Of a DNA stretch of 32,000 bases, positions 1-11,873 are shown one piece after another (the stretch's first letter is position 1; every line of letters starts with the position of its first letter). A program made the translations under genes and the position numbers. The notes under the pieces were generated by a model that saw only the letters and a list, made by a program, of their open reading frames with translations, searched no databases and was not told the origin of the DNA. Location of the stretch: contig NZ_CP195536.1 in NCBI RefSeq assembly GCF_051307035.1, positions 2,640,001-2,672,000 on the forward strand, written 5' to 3'. This DNA comes from Psychrobacter sp. DM4. GTDB lineage: Bacteria; Pseudomonadota; Gammaproteobacteria; Pseudomonadales; Moraxellaceae.

Positions 1-315
1 TTCTTTAATGCTTTTAGACAACGCTTTAAACAAGTTAATATTCAAACCGCCCGCAAGACCACGGTCAGAGGTGATAACGATATAGCCGACCTTTTCGACG
101 GGACGCGATACCATATAAGGGTGTTTGTAATCTGATGAGGCATGTACTAAATGTGAGATAACCCGGCGCATACTGTCAGCATACGGGCGACCCACGTCCA
201 TGCGCTCTTGAGCACGACGCATTTTACTCGCCGCTACCATTTGCATAGCACGAGTAATCTTCTGGGTGCTTTTAATACTGGTGACTTTGGCACGTATTTC
301 TTTTAAGCTTGCCAT
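1..315 (-). CDS. atpG: ATP synthase F1 gamma subunit, N-terminal 105 codons (gene runs off the left edge of the window)
   Basis: My own minus-strand translation from the ATG at 315 gives [39 protein letters not shown]..., a canonical gamma-subunit N-terminus. It lies downstream of atpA in atpIBEFHAG order. It is absent from the ORF track because it is truncated. Confidence 0.9.
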   Translation of the reverse strand, partial: MASLKEIRAKVTSIKSTQKITRAMQMVAASKMRRAQERMDVGRPYADSMRRVISHLVHASSDYKHPYMVSRPVEKVGYIVITSDRGLAGGLNINLFKALSKSIKE

Positions 316-492
316 AATGATTCCAATATAAGTGGGTTAAAAGCATTAGCAAATGCAACAATAAATCGATGTAAAATCATACTTATAATCAAAAATATTT
401 ATAAACAGTTTAGCATCTTGTAGCACTACATGGTCACATAAGGCTGGTTGCATCGATAGAGACAACCAACCAAACCGGCTCAACCCGTTAAA

Positions 493-2037
493 TTAATAAC
501 TGTGGTTTTGTTTAAAAGTCTCAACTGCCAACTTTAAGCGACCTGCAATATCATCATTGTAGTTTGCAGTGTCATCAATCTCTTTCATCAAGTCGCTTTG
601 CACATCATGCATATAACGCAAGTAAGCTTCTTCAAAGGCACCGATCTTCTCTACTGGCACATCGGATAAGAACCCTTCGTTTGAGGCATAGATAACGGCC
701 GCTTGCTCTGAGATTGACATCGGCTGATACTGTTTTTGCTTCATCAGTTCAGTCACACGCTCACCATGATCAAGCTGTTCGCGTGTCGCATCATCAAGAT
801 CTGATGCAAACTGAGCAAATGCTGCCAGTTCACGATACTGAGCGAGAGCGGTACGGATACCACCAGAGAGCTTTTTGATGATCTTAGTCTGAGCTGCACC
901 ACCAACACGCGATACCGAGATACCAGCATTAACAGCTGGACGGATACCTGAGTTAAATAGGCTTGACTCTAAGAATATCTGGCCATCGGTGATCGAAATT
1001 ACGTTAGTCGGTACGAATGCTGACACGTCACCCGCTTGAGTTTCGATAATTGGCAATGCGGTTAACGAGCCTGTTTTACCGACTACTTCACCATTAGTAA
1101 AATTCTCTACGTAGTTCGCGTTGACGCGTGATGCACGCTCAAGCAAGCGTGAGTGTAAGTAGAAAACATCCCCTGGATAAGCTTCACGACCTGGTGGACG
1201 ACGTAGCAAAAGTGAAATCTGACGATAAGCAACAGCTTGCTTAGACAAGTCATCAAATACAATCAGTGCATCTTCACCGCGGTCACGGAAATATTCGCCC
1301 ATTGTACAACCTGAGTATGGTGCGATGTACTGTAGTGCAGCAGGCTCTGATGCTGAAGCAACAACGACAGTCGTATATGCCAGTGCACCTGTTTGCTCAA
1401 GCTTACGTACGACGTTAGCAATCGTAGAGCGTTTCTGACCGATAGCTACGTAGACACACTTAATGCCAGATGATTTTTGCGCGATGATCGCATCGATAGC
1501 CATCGCCGTTTTACCCGTCTGACGATCACCAATAATAAGCTCACGCTGACCACGACCAATTGGAATCATCGTATCAACGGCTTTATAACCCGTCATTACA
1601 GGTTGATCAACTGATTGACGATCAATAACGCCTGGAGCGATTTTTTCGACTTTATCAGTCATTTTGGCATCGATAGGACCTTTGCCATCAATAGGATTAC
1701 CTAAGGCATCAACAACGCGGCCAAGCAACTCAGGACCTACTGGTACTTCTAGAATACGACCTGTACAGTAAGCTTTTTGACCTTCTTGTAACTTCAAGAA
1801 ATCACCAAGCACAACTGCGCCAACAGAATCACGCTCTAAGTTAAGCGCCATTCCGTAGATTTCGCCTTCAAACTCAATCATTTCGCCGTACATGGCATCT
1901 TCAAGACCATGAATTTGCACGATACCGTCAGATACTTTGACAATAGTGCCTTCATTTTTTGCAGTTGCACCTGCATCAAGGTCTTGAATACGCTGCTTAA
2001 TCAGGTTACTGATTTCCGCTGGATTCAATTGTTGCAT
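493..2037 (-). CDS. atpA: ATP synthase F1 alpha subunit
   Basis: 514-aa ORF with Walker A GDRQTGKT and the conserved alpha region [23 protein letters not shown]. It sits between atpH and atpG. Confidence 0.98.
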   Translation of the reverse strand: MQQLNPAEISNLIKQRIQDLDAGATAKNEGTIVKVSDGIVQIHGLEDAMYGEMIEFEGEIYGMALNLERDSVGAVVLGDFLKLQEGQKAYCTGRILEVPVGPELLGRVVDALGNPIDGKGPIDAKMTDKVEKIAPGVIDRQSVDQPVMTGYKAVDTMIPIGRGQRELIIGDRQTGKTAMAIDAIIAQKSSGIKCVYVAIGQKRSTIANVVRKLEQTGALAYTTVVVASASEPAALQYIAPYSGCTMGEYFRDRGEDALIVFDDLSKQAVAYRQISLLLRRPPGREAYPGDVFYLHSRLLERASRVNANYVENFTNGEVVGKTGSLTALPIIETQAGDVSAFVPTNVISITDGQIFLESSLFNSGIRPAVNAGISVSRVGGAAQTKIIKKLSGGIRTALAQYRELAAFAQFASDLDDATREQLDHGERVTELMKQKQYQPMSISEQAAVIYASNEGFLSDVPVEKIGAFEEAYLRYMHDVQSDLMKEIDDTANYNDDIAGRLKLAVETFKQNHSY

Positions 2038-2130
2038 TGCCTTGTTTCCTTTAATTTATGATAACTCGCCTATTAACTCAGATATGCACGCAAAGACCCG
2101 ATCTCAATCGATTGGCATCTATGAATGATA

Positions 2131-2748
2131 TTAAGCCATTAGCTGTGTTTTTAACTGTTGTAACTTACCACGCATAGAATCATCAATGATCTTGTCACCG
2201 ACTTTGATTGTAGCGCCTGCCAAAAGACTTGGATCAACCATTTCGTGAATCACTATGCTTGCATTCAAAGAACTTGCAAGTCGCGACTGGAACATTTCAC
2301 GCTGCGCGTCAGTCAATGGATAGGCAGAAGTCACATAGGCGTCAAGTTGCTTTAAGCTGAGTGCTTTATGGCGACGATAGTGCTCATAAACTTCAGGAAG
2401 CAGGGCTAGACGCTCTTGCTGCGCTAACTGATTTAAGAAGTTGCTAAGCGCGAGGGATACTTTAGAGTAGCTATTATTATGACGAGTGCCTTTGCTCTCG
2501 CTCAATAACTGTTTGAGGACAGAATCACTGTCATCAGCCACCTGGGTATCATATAGATCAATCAAAGCGGCTGACTTGTGCTCAGCCGTAACAGCTGGAT
2601 TCTCTAGCAAGGCGTGAAACGATTTGTCATTGACAATAGTGCTGGCAACGAATAGGAAATCTTCCCACTCATTGACCACCCCATTGTCATTGGCATAGTC
2701 AAATGCCGCTTTTGCGTAGGGTCGTGCTAAGGTTGATAAGTCAGCCAT
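2131..2748 (-). CDS. atpH: ATP synthase F1 delta (OSCP) subunit
   Basis: 205-aa ORF with a delta-like N-terminus ([13 protein letters not shown]) and C-terminus ([23 protein letters not shown]). Its operon position between atpF and atpA fits. It is about 25 aa longer than the 177-aa E. coli delta because of an internal Ser/Asp-rich insertion. Confidence 0.9.
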   Translation of the reverse strand: MADLSTLARPYAKAAFDYANDNGVVNEWEDFLFVASTIVNDKSFHALLENPAVTAEHKSAALIDLYDTQVADDSDSVLKQLLSESKGTRHNNSYSKVSLALSNFLNQLAQQERLALLPEVYEHYRRHKALSLKQLDAYVTSAYPLTDAQREMFQSRLASSLNASIVIHEMVDPSLLAGATIKVGDKIIDDSMRGKLQQLKTQLMA

Positions 2749-2761
2749 TGTATCCTCACAG

Positions 2762-3232
2762 TTACAGCTTCGCCGCCAGTTGTTCTAACATACTGGCATG
2801 TTTTTGTGCATCGACTCTATCTTGCAAAATCTTTTCAGCACCAAGTACAGAAAGTTCGGCAACTTGAGCACGTAGTGACTCACGCGCCTGATTGATCTCT
2901 TGGTCGATGGCCGCTTGTGCTTGCTGACGAATACGCTCACCTTCCACTTGGGCTTGTGTTTTTGCATCTTCAACGAGCTGGTTGGCGCTTTTATTCGCCT
3001 GCTCAATTAAGGCAGCTGCTTTGGTCTTCGCAAGATTAAGCTCTTGCTCGACGTCTTGCTCTGCGGTTGCCAAATCTGCTTTTGCTTTTTCTGCGGCATT
3101 TAAGCCATCAGCAATTTTGCGCTGACGCTCGTTAATAGCACCGATAAGCGGTGGCCATACGAACTTCATGCAGAAAATTACAAAAATCGCAAAAGAGATA
3201 GCCTGACCGACGATAGTAAAATTGATATTCAC
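2762..3232 (-). CDS. atpF: ATP synthase Fo subunit b
   Basis: 156-aa ORF with a single N-terminal TM helix followed by a long Ala/Gln/Glu/Lys-rich coiled coil. Operon position fits. Confidence 0.93.
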   Translation of the reverse strand: MNINFTIVGQAISFAIFVIFCMKFVWPPLIGAINERQRKIADGLNAAEKAKADLATAEQDVEQELNLAKTKAAALIEQANKSANQLVEDAKTQAQVEGERIRQQAQAAIDQEINQARESLRAQVAELSVLGAEKILQDRVDAQKHASMLEQLAAKL

Positions 3233-3335
3233 GTGATCACCTCTTTGTTAATGAAAAATCAGTGTCATTGATCCTGTTTGGCTCTCAAAAGTTAACTAAC
3301 ATTAAAAGCCAAACAGTTACAACTGAGCTTTCTGA

Positions 3336-3611
<276 letters not shown>

Positions 3612-3622
3612 CTATAGAAAAA

Positions 3623-4501
<879 letters not shown>

Positions 4502-5046
4502 TTATTAATCAACGATTCAATCAACTACCAAAAATATAGTTGTCATCTGATAAGTGACTTGATTTAGGTCAGTATCGCTAACCTAAACTCAAACTTACCT
4601 TATGACATCCAACTCGTAGCGCCTATGCAAATATTTGGTTTTGATACTATTTTATAAATTCTAGTTATCAAAAAAGGGCTCATGAGTAATCATTACCAGC
4701 CCTTGGTATCTACAAATAAAAATTACGTGAATACATGCTTATTTTTTAGTGAGATGTCGTCATGCGCAGTCAAATACGCCTAAGCAAAATATTTAGCTGC
4801 CTATAGTAATGCAGCGTTGTATTCATGTAAAGCAAATTGTGAACTTTTTATTTGTGATAAACACTTTATTGTGATAGAGAACGTATATAAATCTGAGAAC
4901 ACAGCGATGGATAAGTCATAAAAAGTTATTATAGACCTACCGATCATCGCCAAATATAAGTTAGATTTTACAACATATTCTAAATAAATACCAACATTAC
5001 TGCCAATACTTGGGTCTTTATCAGTGACTTACCCGTTACTACTTTG

Positions 5047-5445
5047 TCAATTTATACGTAGTAGCATCCAGTTATAGCTCATCTGCATGATAATAAATCC
5101 TGCGAATAAAGAAGGCGCAGACAGCGGCTTTATGAAAATAAAAATTAGTGCAAAACCAAGAGCCGTCAATAGCCACTTCGCTGCTTGACCGCGATAGAGC
5201 TGTCTAACGATATGCTGGCGCGCGCGATATCCTGTATGACGAAAAACAAACGTAGTAAATATTATTTGAGTCAAAAAACTGAGCAATGCACCCAAAGAGA
5301 CCCCTTTGACGATTAAAAAATTGCTCTTAAACCAAAATATATCTAGCAGCCAAGTAAGGATAATTAAAATAAATAACACCCAAACTTGACGTTTGATATG
5401 ACGACCTATCTGATCTCTTTGATTGCGCTTGGCAGGCTTACTCAT
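5047..5445 (-). CDS. atpI: ATP synthase protein I (AtpI-like small membrane protein)
   Basis: 132-aa ORF with a basic N-terminus and about 4 hydrophobic segments, on the same strand upstream of atpB. The call rests on size, topology and position only. An unusually long 557-bp spacer separates it from atpB. Confidence 0.7.
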   Translation of the reverse strand: MSKPAKRNQRDQIGRHIKRQVWVLFILIILTWLLDIFWFKSNFLIVKGVSLGALLSFLTQIIFTTFVFRHTGYRARQHIVRQLYRGQAAKWLLTALGFALIFIFIKPLSAPSLFAGFIIMQMSYNWMLLRIN

Positions 5446-5631
5446 CAGTTACCTTTTTTAATATACGATGCTTGTAAGTAGTAATGATAAGACCTTATTG
5501 TCAAAAGCAATTTATGTGGCATAGGGCAATCATTGTAATGAGCATAATATGGTTTGACAAGATAAACGCAGCCCTTTTGTTCTAATGGCTTTGTGTATTT
5601 ATACTTTTGTGATTACAGTTTGTACTTTTAT

Positions 5632-6543
5632 TCACGCTATACAGTGGCGTATTTGCTCCGCCATCTGCTGCCAGCCTACTACAAAGTCTGTACTATTGCT
5701 CATATCCTCAGCTTGCACTGTCGTTCTTACGGGCCCAAGTTTGGTAAGTAACCCTTTGGCAGGTGTGCTCTGGGTCACAAGACACATAGTAGGATTAGGG
5801 CGCAACTCATTGAGTCTGCGTAGTTGACTGGCCTTTGGTGATAGATGATGATCGGTTGTCAGACTGCCGACGAGCTGTAAGTTAAGGCTGTTTTCTATAT
5901 AGTGATAAGCATCGTGATAAGCCCAATACGGCTGTGGTGACGCGCCAGACTGCACATTTGCTACGGCTTTATCCATACGCTGAGCGAATTTTTTTGCATT
6001 AGCCTGATAGATACTTTTGTATTCTGGATTAGCATGGCTATGAATGACTGCTAAAGCGCGCGTGATGGCTTTTGCATTTTGTGGATCAAGCCAGATGTGA
6101 GGGTCTAAGGTGTTTGAAATAGGCTTAGCTTGCTCGTTACGTAGCGGATAACGCTTAAAAGCATTGAATTCAAATAGAGATATGGCATTAGGTGCACTGT
6201 TTAAACTGGCGGCCAAATTATTTTCTAGAGACTCACCAAACCAGACTACAAACATACTGTCTTGAATGGCTTTTATATCGTGAGGACTCATACTACCATG
6301 ATGACCGACCTCTCCTGCTTGCAAGAGTTGTTTGGCAGATGGCGCGCCTTCGGTAACGGCTTGGCTCAATAAAAACAGCGGATAATTACTGACTGTCACT
6401 ACAGCTGCCTGAGCATTTATCGCCGATACTCCAAACATCACCATGGATGCGATGAAAAAAAAGAACTTAGTTAATTTTGAAAGTATTTTATGTAAATTAA
6501 TATAAGCCATTATACGTTTGATGTTAAAAAGAGGCGCACTCAT
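5632..6543 (-). CDS. znuA: Zinc ABC transporter periplasmic substrate-binding protein
   Basis: 303-aa ORF with a signal peptide (...MVMFGVSAINAQA) and metal-binding His motifs typical of ZnuA/TroA-type binding proteins (GHHGSMSPHD, DPHIWLDP, YWAYHDAYHY). It is divergent from zur-znuCB. An alternative start Met lies at 6510. Confidence 0.9.
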   Translation of the reverse strand: MSAPLFNIKRIMAYINLHKILSKLTKFFFFIASMVMFGVSAINAQAAVVTVSNYPLFLLSQAVTEGAPSAKQLLQAGEVGHHGSMSPHDIKAIQDSMFVVWFGESLENNLAASLNSAPNAISLFEFNAFKRYPLRNEQAKPISNTLDPHIWLDPQNAKAITRALAVIHSHANPEYKSIYQANAKKFAQRMDKAVANVQSGASPQPYWAYHDAYHYIENSLNLQLVGSLTTDHHLSPKASQLRRLNELRPNPTMCLVTQSTPAKGLLTKLGPVRTTVQAEDMSNSTDFVVGWQQMAEQIRHCIA

Positions 6544-6627
6544 ATAGCAGTCCTATAAAAAATGGTATTTGTTATAAAATGAATAGCACAAAGGCAACTA
6601 TTAAAAAGCTGTTAGCTTCAAGTTTTC

Positions 6628-6650
6628 ATTATGTTATACTATAACAATAA
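6628..6650. promoter_or_regulatory. Zur box (operator) in the znuA / zur-znuCB divergent spacer
   Basis: Perfect inverted repeat TGTTATA-c-TATAACA at 6632-6646 within ATTATGTTATACTATAACAATAA. It matches the gammaproteobacterial Zur consensus core (GTTATAnTATAAC) and sits between divergently transcribed zinc-uptake genes. Confidence 0.85.
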
Positions 6651-6694
6651 AGAACGCTACCCTATTACATTATATCTATTCAGGAGCTTGTACT

Positions 6695-7201
6695 GTGTCT
6701 ATGACTTGCATACACCCACATGATGTACAGGACTTTACCCTATCTGATATCGCTGAGCGTATAGCGGATGCTAGGGCGCAGTGCGTTAAGGGCTCGGTAC
6801 GGTTTACGCCATTGCGTGAGCAGATATATGAGATGGTATTAAAGGCCAACAAACCGGTAGGCGCTTATGACCTTATTACCCAGCTGCAGCAAATGCGCTT
6901 ATCTGAGGCTGATACTCAAACAAGCAAAAATGTTGCACCGCCAACGATCTATCGCAGTTTGGAATTTTTGCTTGAGCAGGGTCTTATTCATCAATTGACC
7001 TCTATCAATGCCTATGTGCCCTGCTGTCATCCACGCGCACAGCATACTGCCGCGTTTTTGATTTGTGATAACTGTTTGCGAGTGCAAGAATGTAGCAGTT
7101 TGCCGGTACAAGAGATAATGAGTTTTGCTGAGCAAGACGCAGGTTTCAAAGTTGCTCGTAGCGTAATTGAGCTTAGCGGTCGCTGTTTGGATTGCCAATA
7201 A
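6695..7201 (+). CDS. zur: Zinc uptake regulator, Fur family
   Basis: 168-aa ORF with a Fur-family winged-helix region (PPTIYRSLEFLLEQGLIH) and two CxxC pairs (CDNC, CLDC). A GTG start at 6695 lies 8 nt after AGGAG, with an ATG alternative at 6701. It heads the znuCB operon. Confidence 0.9.
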   Translation: MSMTCIHPHDVQDFTLSDIAERIADARAQCVKGSVRFTPLREQIYEMVLKANKPVGAYDLITQLQQMRLSEADTQTSKNVAPPTIYRSLEFLLEQGLIHQLTSINAYVPCCHPRAQHTAAFLICDNCLRVQECSSLPVQEIMSFAEQDAGFKVARSVIELSGRCLDCQ

Positions 7202-7251
7202 TTAAATTATTCATAAATCGTTCTCAAAATAACTATTAGAAGAAAAACCTT

Positions 7252-7986
7252 ATGAATGCCAGCAAACTATTAAGCATGAATAGCGTTAGCTACGATATAG
7301 ATAGGCTGCGCTTGTTATCAGATATTGATCTCGATATTGCGGTAAATGAAACTGTCAGTTTGATAGGACCTAATGGCGCAGGCAAGTCTACACTCGTCAA
7401 ACTAATTTTGGGGCTCATCACGCCCACTCATGGACACATTGTAGCCCATCATTCATTACAACTAAGCTATGTGCCGCAGCGTTTTTCGGTGCCGCCTATA
7501 CTTCCCCTACGTGTACAAGACCTATTAGCGCAGGCTAGCAAAAAACGCCTGACTCTAGCGCAGCGCGACTTTATCTATGATAATTTGTCACTGACGCCTC
7601 TACTGACGCGGCAAATGCGTAACCTATCTGGTGGCGAGACTCAGCGCGTGCTGCTAGCGCGAGCCCTATTAGATAAGCCTAATTTGCTGATATTGGATGA
7701 GCCTATGCAAGGACTTGATCCGGATACAGAAGCTTGGCTATATCAATTCATCGATGAGCTGCCAGAGTTTTTGCGCTGCGCTATGCTGGTGGTCTCTCAT
7801 GATCTGCATTGGGTGATGAGAGGTAGCAGGCGGGTCATTTGTCTCAACAAGCATATCTGCTGCGAGGGGCAACCCAGTGAGCTTGCGGTAACGACCGAAT
7901 TCCAAAAGCTGTTCGGTCATCACTACGAGCAGCCCTATGTGCACAAACCACATGCGTGTGAGCATCACGCCCCGCATACGATATAA
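7252..7986 (+). CDS. znuC: Zinc ABC transporter ATP-binding protein
   Basis: 244 aa with Walker A GPNGAGKST, ABC signature LSGGETQR and Walker B LLILDEP. It has a His/Cys-rich C-terminal tail (HHYEQPYVHKPHACEHHAPH). Confidence 0.93.
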   Translation: MNASKLLSMNSVSYDIDRLRLLSDIDLDIAVNETVSLIGPNGAGKSTLVKLILGLITPTHGHIVAHHSLQLSYVPQRFSVPPILPLRVQDLLAQASKKRLTLAQRDFIYDNLSLTPLLTRQMRNLSGGETQRVLLARALLDKPNLLILDEPMQGLDPDTEAWLYQFIDELPEFLRCAMLVVSHDLHWVMRGSRRVICLNKHICCEGQPSELAVTTEFQKLFGHHYEQPYVHKPHACEHHAPHTI

Positions 7987-8055
7987 CGTAGTTTTTTAAC
8001 TGATTTATTAATAAATACTACCTTTTGACTCTAACCCTATTGATGGACATCGTTT

Positions 8056-8859
8056 ATGACTGCTTGGTTAGCCATTATTGCTCCTGCTTGGATTGCTGGC
8101 AGCATATTAGCGCTGTTGTCCGCGCCGCTTGGGTGCTTAGTACTGTGGCGTCGTATGGCATTTTTTGCTGATGCCTTAGCACATGGCACCTTACTTGGAG
8201 TAGCGCTTGCTGTTTTATGGCAACTGCCTATGGGTATAGGTATCGCTTTGGTCAGTGTATGTGTGGTCGTAAGTTTAGTACTTATCGATGACGAGCGTTT
8301 GCCAGTCGATGCGGTATTAGCTGTGGTTGCGGTGTCGCTATTGTGTTTGGGCTTATTGACCTTAACCCAGCTTACCGATCAACAAGCGAATGTTTTAGGA
8401 TTCTTGTTCGGTAATTTGCTTGAGCTAGACTGGGGTGATCTACCGATACTAGGTGGTAGTGTATTACTTGGTTTAGCATTACTGAGCTACATATGGCCTG
8501 CACAGATAAAGCTTGCAACACATGAAGCATTAGCCCGTATTCAAGGTATTAACCCCACTCGCCAGCGTCTGTTTTTTATGGGTCTATTAGCAGGATTTTG
8601 TGCCATTGCCTTACAAGCGGTAGGAAGTTTGCTCATTAGCGGACTGCTTGTGCTGCCAGCGCTGACCGCACGCTTATGGTCAGCGACACCTAAACAGATG
8701 GTTATTTTAGCACTGGTTATTGCTCAACTAGGCGTTACACTTGGGGTTTGGGGTAGTATTTGGCTCGATATTCAAACGGGGCTGGCAATTGTGTTGGTAT
8801 TGGCTATTTTGTTCTTTTTTGCGCTTATACTATCAAAATTTGAACGCGCAAAGTCATAG
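8056..8859 (+). CDS. znuB: Zinc ABC transporter permease
   Basis: 267-aa polytopic ABC-3 type permease ORF directly downstream of znuC. Confidence 0.92.
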   Translation: MTAWLAIIAPAWIAGSILALLSAPLGCLVLWRRMAFFADALAHGTLLGVALAVLWQLPMGIGIALVSVCVVVSLVLIDDERLPVDAVLAVVAVSLLCLGLLTLTQLTDQQANVLGFLFGNLLELDWGDLPILGGSVLLGLALLSYIWPAQIKLATHEALARIQGINPTRQRLFFMGLLAGFCAIALQAVGSLLISGLLVLPALTARLWSATPKQMVILALVIAQLGVTLGVWGSIWLDIQTGLAIVLVLAILFFFALILSKFERAKS

Positions 8860-9025
8860 CAGACTGTGTTAAGAATGGGTTCACTTTAGCTATTAGTATA
8901 GTGTGATCGACTTTATTTGATAAATAGTGCTAGAGCTTTGCTGTCTGGTATGTTATAAATTTCTGCTTATAGAGGCGATTTTATTGTTCTATCAGCTCCT
9001 CTTCATAACCGATGGGCCTGACCCT

Positions 9026-9892
9026 ATGCCAAGCTACCCTGCTCTTAAGATCAGCATCCCAGATCACACTTTAAATATATTACAGATTACAGATCTTCAT
9101 CTATCCGATTATGACGCTCAGAATGATAATCATGAAAGCAGGATATCTGAAAACGGGGTGTACGAAGATGGTACGCCTGCCTGTCGTCAAAACTTTGAAG
9201 CCGTCGTCAAGCAAGCACTAAGCGAATCTATACGCTGCGATTTGATAATAGTAACGGGCGATCTTGTCAGTGAAGTCAAAACTTCTACCTACGATCATAT
9301 CTTTGCCGTGTTACAAACCACGAATATTCCCTTTGCTTGTATCGCAGGTAATCATGATGTCACCGATGAGATCGGGCATGATTTGCCTTTTTATAAGCGC
9401 GAACTTATCGCGCGATCTACTGATCCGCGTCTGCTTAATCAACATCTTATTGAATCAGATTACTGGCAGGTACTGCTCCTCGATTCTGCTGTGCCAGGTC
9501 AAGTCGCAGGATACATCGATGAAAAAGACATTGCTTGGGCCTCTCATCAGCTAAGTATCTGTGATAAACCAGCTCTTATCGCCATTCATCATCATGTCCT
9601 GCCTATTCAGTCCGAATGGATAGATGCGCATATGGCACAAAACACGGAAGCTTTTTGGCAGAGTATGGCTGAATTTGATCATTTGCGTGCCATTATCAGC
9701 GGTCACAATCACCAAGAGCAGATTCGCTATGAAAACGATGTCACTGTTTATAGTACGCCTTCGACTTGTTACCAGTTTGAACCATTCAAAGATGAGTTTG
9801 CCTATGATAAGGAGGCTGCACCTGGTTATCGCTGGTTGCAACTCGATAACAATGGACAGCTTGTAAGCTGGGTTAAAAGATTAGATACTTGA
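9026..9892 (+). CDS. Calcineurin-like metallophosphoesterase, CpdA/Icc-like cyclic-nucleotide phosphodiesterase
   Basis: Ordered metallophosphoesterase motifs are present: DLHLS, GDLV, GNHD, HHH and GHNH. The ORF track starts at a GTG (8927), but the ATG at 9026 immediately precedes the conserved core and the upstream 33 codons are hydrophobic junk. Confidence 0.8.
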   Translation: MPSYPALKISIPDHTLNILQITDLHLSDYDAQNDNHESRISENGVYEDGTPACRQNFEAVVKQALSESIRCDLIIVTGDLVSEVKTSTYDHIFAVLQTTNIPFACIAGNHDVTDEIGHDLPFYKRELIARSTDPRLLNQHLIESDYWQVLLLDSAVPGQVAGYIDEKDIAWASHQLSICDKPALIAIHHHVLPIQSEWIDAHMAQNTEAFWQSMAEFDHLRAIISGHNHQEQIRYENDVTVYSTPSTCYQFEPFKDEFAYDKEAAPGYRWLQLDNNGQLVSWVKRLDT

Positions 9893-10211
9893 CGCCTAAT
9901 TTTTTGGTGAACGGTTTTTGTGCAAGAAGTACTATAAAAAAGGACAAAAACAACACGGTCGCTGACTCTATTTTGGTTACAATTACCAAAATTACTAGAT
10001 ACAAGCTTAACCGTTCATTATTTTGTAAAAATAATAAGGTAAGCGGCTATTGAGGTTATTTTATTAGACCTCATTTATACCATCAGTTTTTAGGATAGAA
10101 GAGCAAATATTGAAACGTTTTATAATGGATGATAGATAATGTTTGGTAAGTTAATAACGGCTTTTTGATAAGTCTTTTTACTGGATTAATTTGAATAAGT
10201 AGGATACTTAT

Positions 10212-10652
10212 ATGACCACTCTACCCACAGATCAAAGTGATGTAAAATTTACCCCTTATGTACCTGCCAAAAACGAAGAGTATATGTCTGATGCTCAATT
10301 GGAGCATTTTAAGGCTATCTTGTTAGATTGGAAAGGGCAGCTTATCGGTGAAGCGGACCGTACTAAGACTTATATCCAAGATGAGTCGAGTGCTATGCCT
10401 GATATCAATGACCGCGCAACTCAAGAAGAAGAGTTTGCACTAGCACTGCGCACTCGTGATCGTGAACGTAAACTCATTCGTAAGATAGATAAGTCTATGG
10501 CTGAGATCGAAAACGATGACTATGGATTTTGTGATACTTGCGGTGTTGAGATCGGTTTGCGCCGTTTAGAGGCGCGCCCAACAGCGACTCAGTGTATTGA
10601 TTGCAAAACCTTGTCAGAGATTAAAGAGCGTCAAAACCAAGGTCACGTTTGA
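10212..10652 (+). CDS. dksA: RNA polymerase-binding transcription factor DksA
   Basis: 146 aa with a coiled coil carrying an acidic tip (PDINDRATQEEE) and a C4 zinc finger (CDTCGVEI...CIDC). Confidence 0.95.
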   Translation: MTTLPTDQSDVKFTPYVPAKNEEYMSDAQLEHFKAILLDWKGQLIGEADRTKTYIQDESSAMPDINDRATQEEEFALALRTRDRERKLIRKIDKSMAEIENDDYGFCDTCGVEIGLRRLEARPTATQCIDCKTLSEIKERQNQGHV

Positions 10653-10688
10653 CTTATCTAAACGTTCTGTATTAGCCAAACGATAAAA

Positions 10689-10716
10689 ACGAGCGACTAT
10701 ACTATTAGTCGCTCGT
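10689..10716 (+). terminator. Stem-loop downstream of dksA (possible weak terminator or attenuator before gluQ)
   Basis: Perfect 11-bp stem ACGAGCGACTA / TAGTCGCTCGT with a 6-nt loop. Only a short TT follows, so termination is probably partial. Confidence 0.5.
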
Positions 10717-10786
10717 TTGCGCTGCATACTAGCATTTTTGACTAATATTCATTTAAACAATAACTTCTATATTTTGAGTATTGACT

Positions 10787-11743
10787 ATGCTTGATTCACC
10801 GTCCCTACCTCCTATCGGACGTTTTGCGCCTTCACCAACGGGTGAGCTGCATTTAGGCTCATTGACGACCGCATTAGCTAGCTTTTGTCATATCAAATCT
10901 CTGGGTGGTAACTGGCTACTGCGTATTGAGGACACAGATACAGCGCGCTGTTCCACTCAGTTTAGTGAACAGATTATTATTGATTTAGAAGTGCTAGGAC
11001 TACAGTGGGATGGTGACATCATTTACCAATCTGAGCGCGTCGATATCTATAACGATTATCTATCCTCATCGCTAAAGCCGCTCACTTATGGATGCGAGTG
11101 CTCTCGTAAGACGCTAGAGCACTATTGGGAAGAGCAAGTATTAGCTGAAGACTATAAGAGTCAGAACAATAACACTGACGCTAAGGATAAGCTCAGTCGT
11201 AGACAACGATATCCGCGCTGCTGCCTTGACAGAGGTCTTGGTCGCCATCAGCATAAACTGCGTATACAGTTGCCTGATTACACAATAGGCTTCATAGATG
11301 GTATTCAGGGCATGCAGTGGGGCAATTCGCAGCAAATGCTCGGAGATATGGTGGCACGTCGTCAAGATGGAATGATTAACTATATTTTAGCAGCAGCTAT
11401 CGATGATGGTTTGCAAGGCGTCACTCATATCATGCGCGGTTTAGATATTTTACCGATGACCACAGCTCAAATTGGCATACTAAACGCTGTAAGTTTGCCA
11501 GCCATTGAGCAATGGTATCATCTACCACTACTATGTCATGCTGATGGTCAGAAGCTCTCAAAACAAAACCTTGCGCAGCCTATCGATACTCGCAAGCCTA
11601 GTGAGGTTATCGCGCTTGCTTTGCACCTTTTAAAACAAGATTCTATCGATATAGATACGCCAGATCGCATGTTAAAACAAGCCATAGCACAGTGGGATAA
11701 CGCGCCCTTACAAGGTTTTCAGCATATAGATATACCCTCATAA
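10787..11743 (+). CDS. gluQ: Glutamyl-Q tRNA(Asp) synthetase (truncated GluRS paralog)
   Basis: Class I aminoacyl-tRNA synthetase catalytic core without an anticodon-binding domain. It has [16 protein letters not shown] (HIGH-like) and KLSKQ (KMSKS-like). The dksA-gluQ linkage is conserved as in E. coli. The track start is a TTG at 10781, and I prefer the ATG at 10787. Confidence 0.88.
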   Translation: MLDSPSLPPIGRFAPSPTGELHLGSLTTALASFCHIKSLGGNWLLRIEDTDTARCSTQFSEQIIIDLEVLGLQWDGDIIYQSERVDIYNDYLSSSLKPLTYGCECSRKTLEHYWEEQVLAEDYKSQNNNTDAKDKLSRRQRYPRCCLDRGLGRHQHKLRIQLPDYTIGFIDGIQGMQWGNSQQMLGDMVARRQDGMINYILAAAIDDGLQGVTHIMRGLDILPMTTAQIGILNAVSLPAIEQWYHLPLLCHADGQKLSKQNLAQPIDTRKPSEVIALALHLLKQDSIDIDTPDRMLKQAIAQWDNAPLQGFQHIDIPS

Positions 11744-11786
11744 ACCGACTAGATATCTAATCTATCCTGACTGACCTGTTATGAAA

Positions 11787-11820
11787 TAAAAAACGTCGCT
11801 TCATTGCGACGTTTATTGTT
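11787..11820. terminator. Bidirectional intrinsic terminator between convergent gluQ and ftsW
   Basis: Stem AACGTCGC / GCGACGTT (11792-11799 / 11806-11813) is flanked by an A-run upstream and a T-rich tract downstream. Confidence 0.75.
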
Positions 11821-11873
11821 GCTAGCCATACTGAGATGACCATGCTTAGCTGATTGTGCTTGGCTAGCTGTGC

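Noticed and set aside
4553-5030. 8-bp direct repeat AGTGACTT at 4553-4560 and 5023-5030, bracketing most of the atpI-atpB spacer; possible target-site duplication of a MITE.
   Set aside because: The sequences just inside the repeats (GATTTAGGTC... and ...GGGTCTTTATC) match at only about 6 of 10 positions as terminal inverted repeats. An 8-mer repeat in 557 bp of AT-rich DNA is not compelling.
8949-8974. Zur-box-like half site ATGTTATAA upstream of the metallophosphoesterase gene, just after znuB.
   Set aside because: Only one half of the dyad is present (TGTTATAAATTTCTGCTTATAG), and the second arm does not match TATAACA. It also overlaps the rejected N-terminal extension of the ORF.
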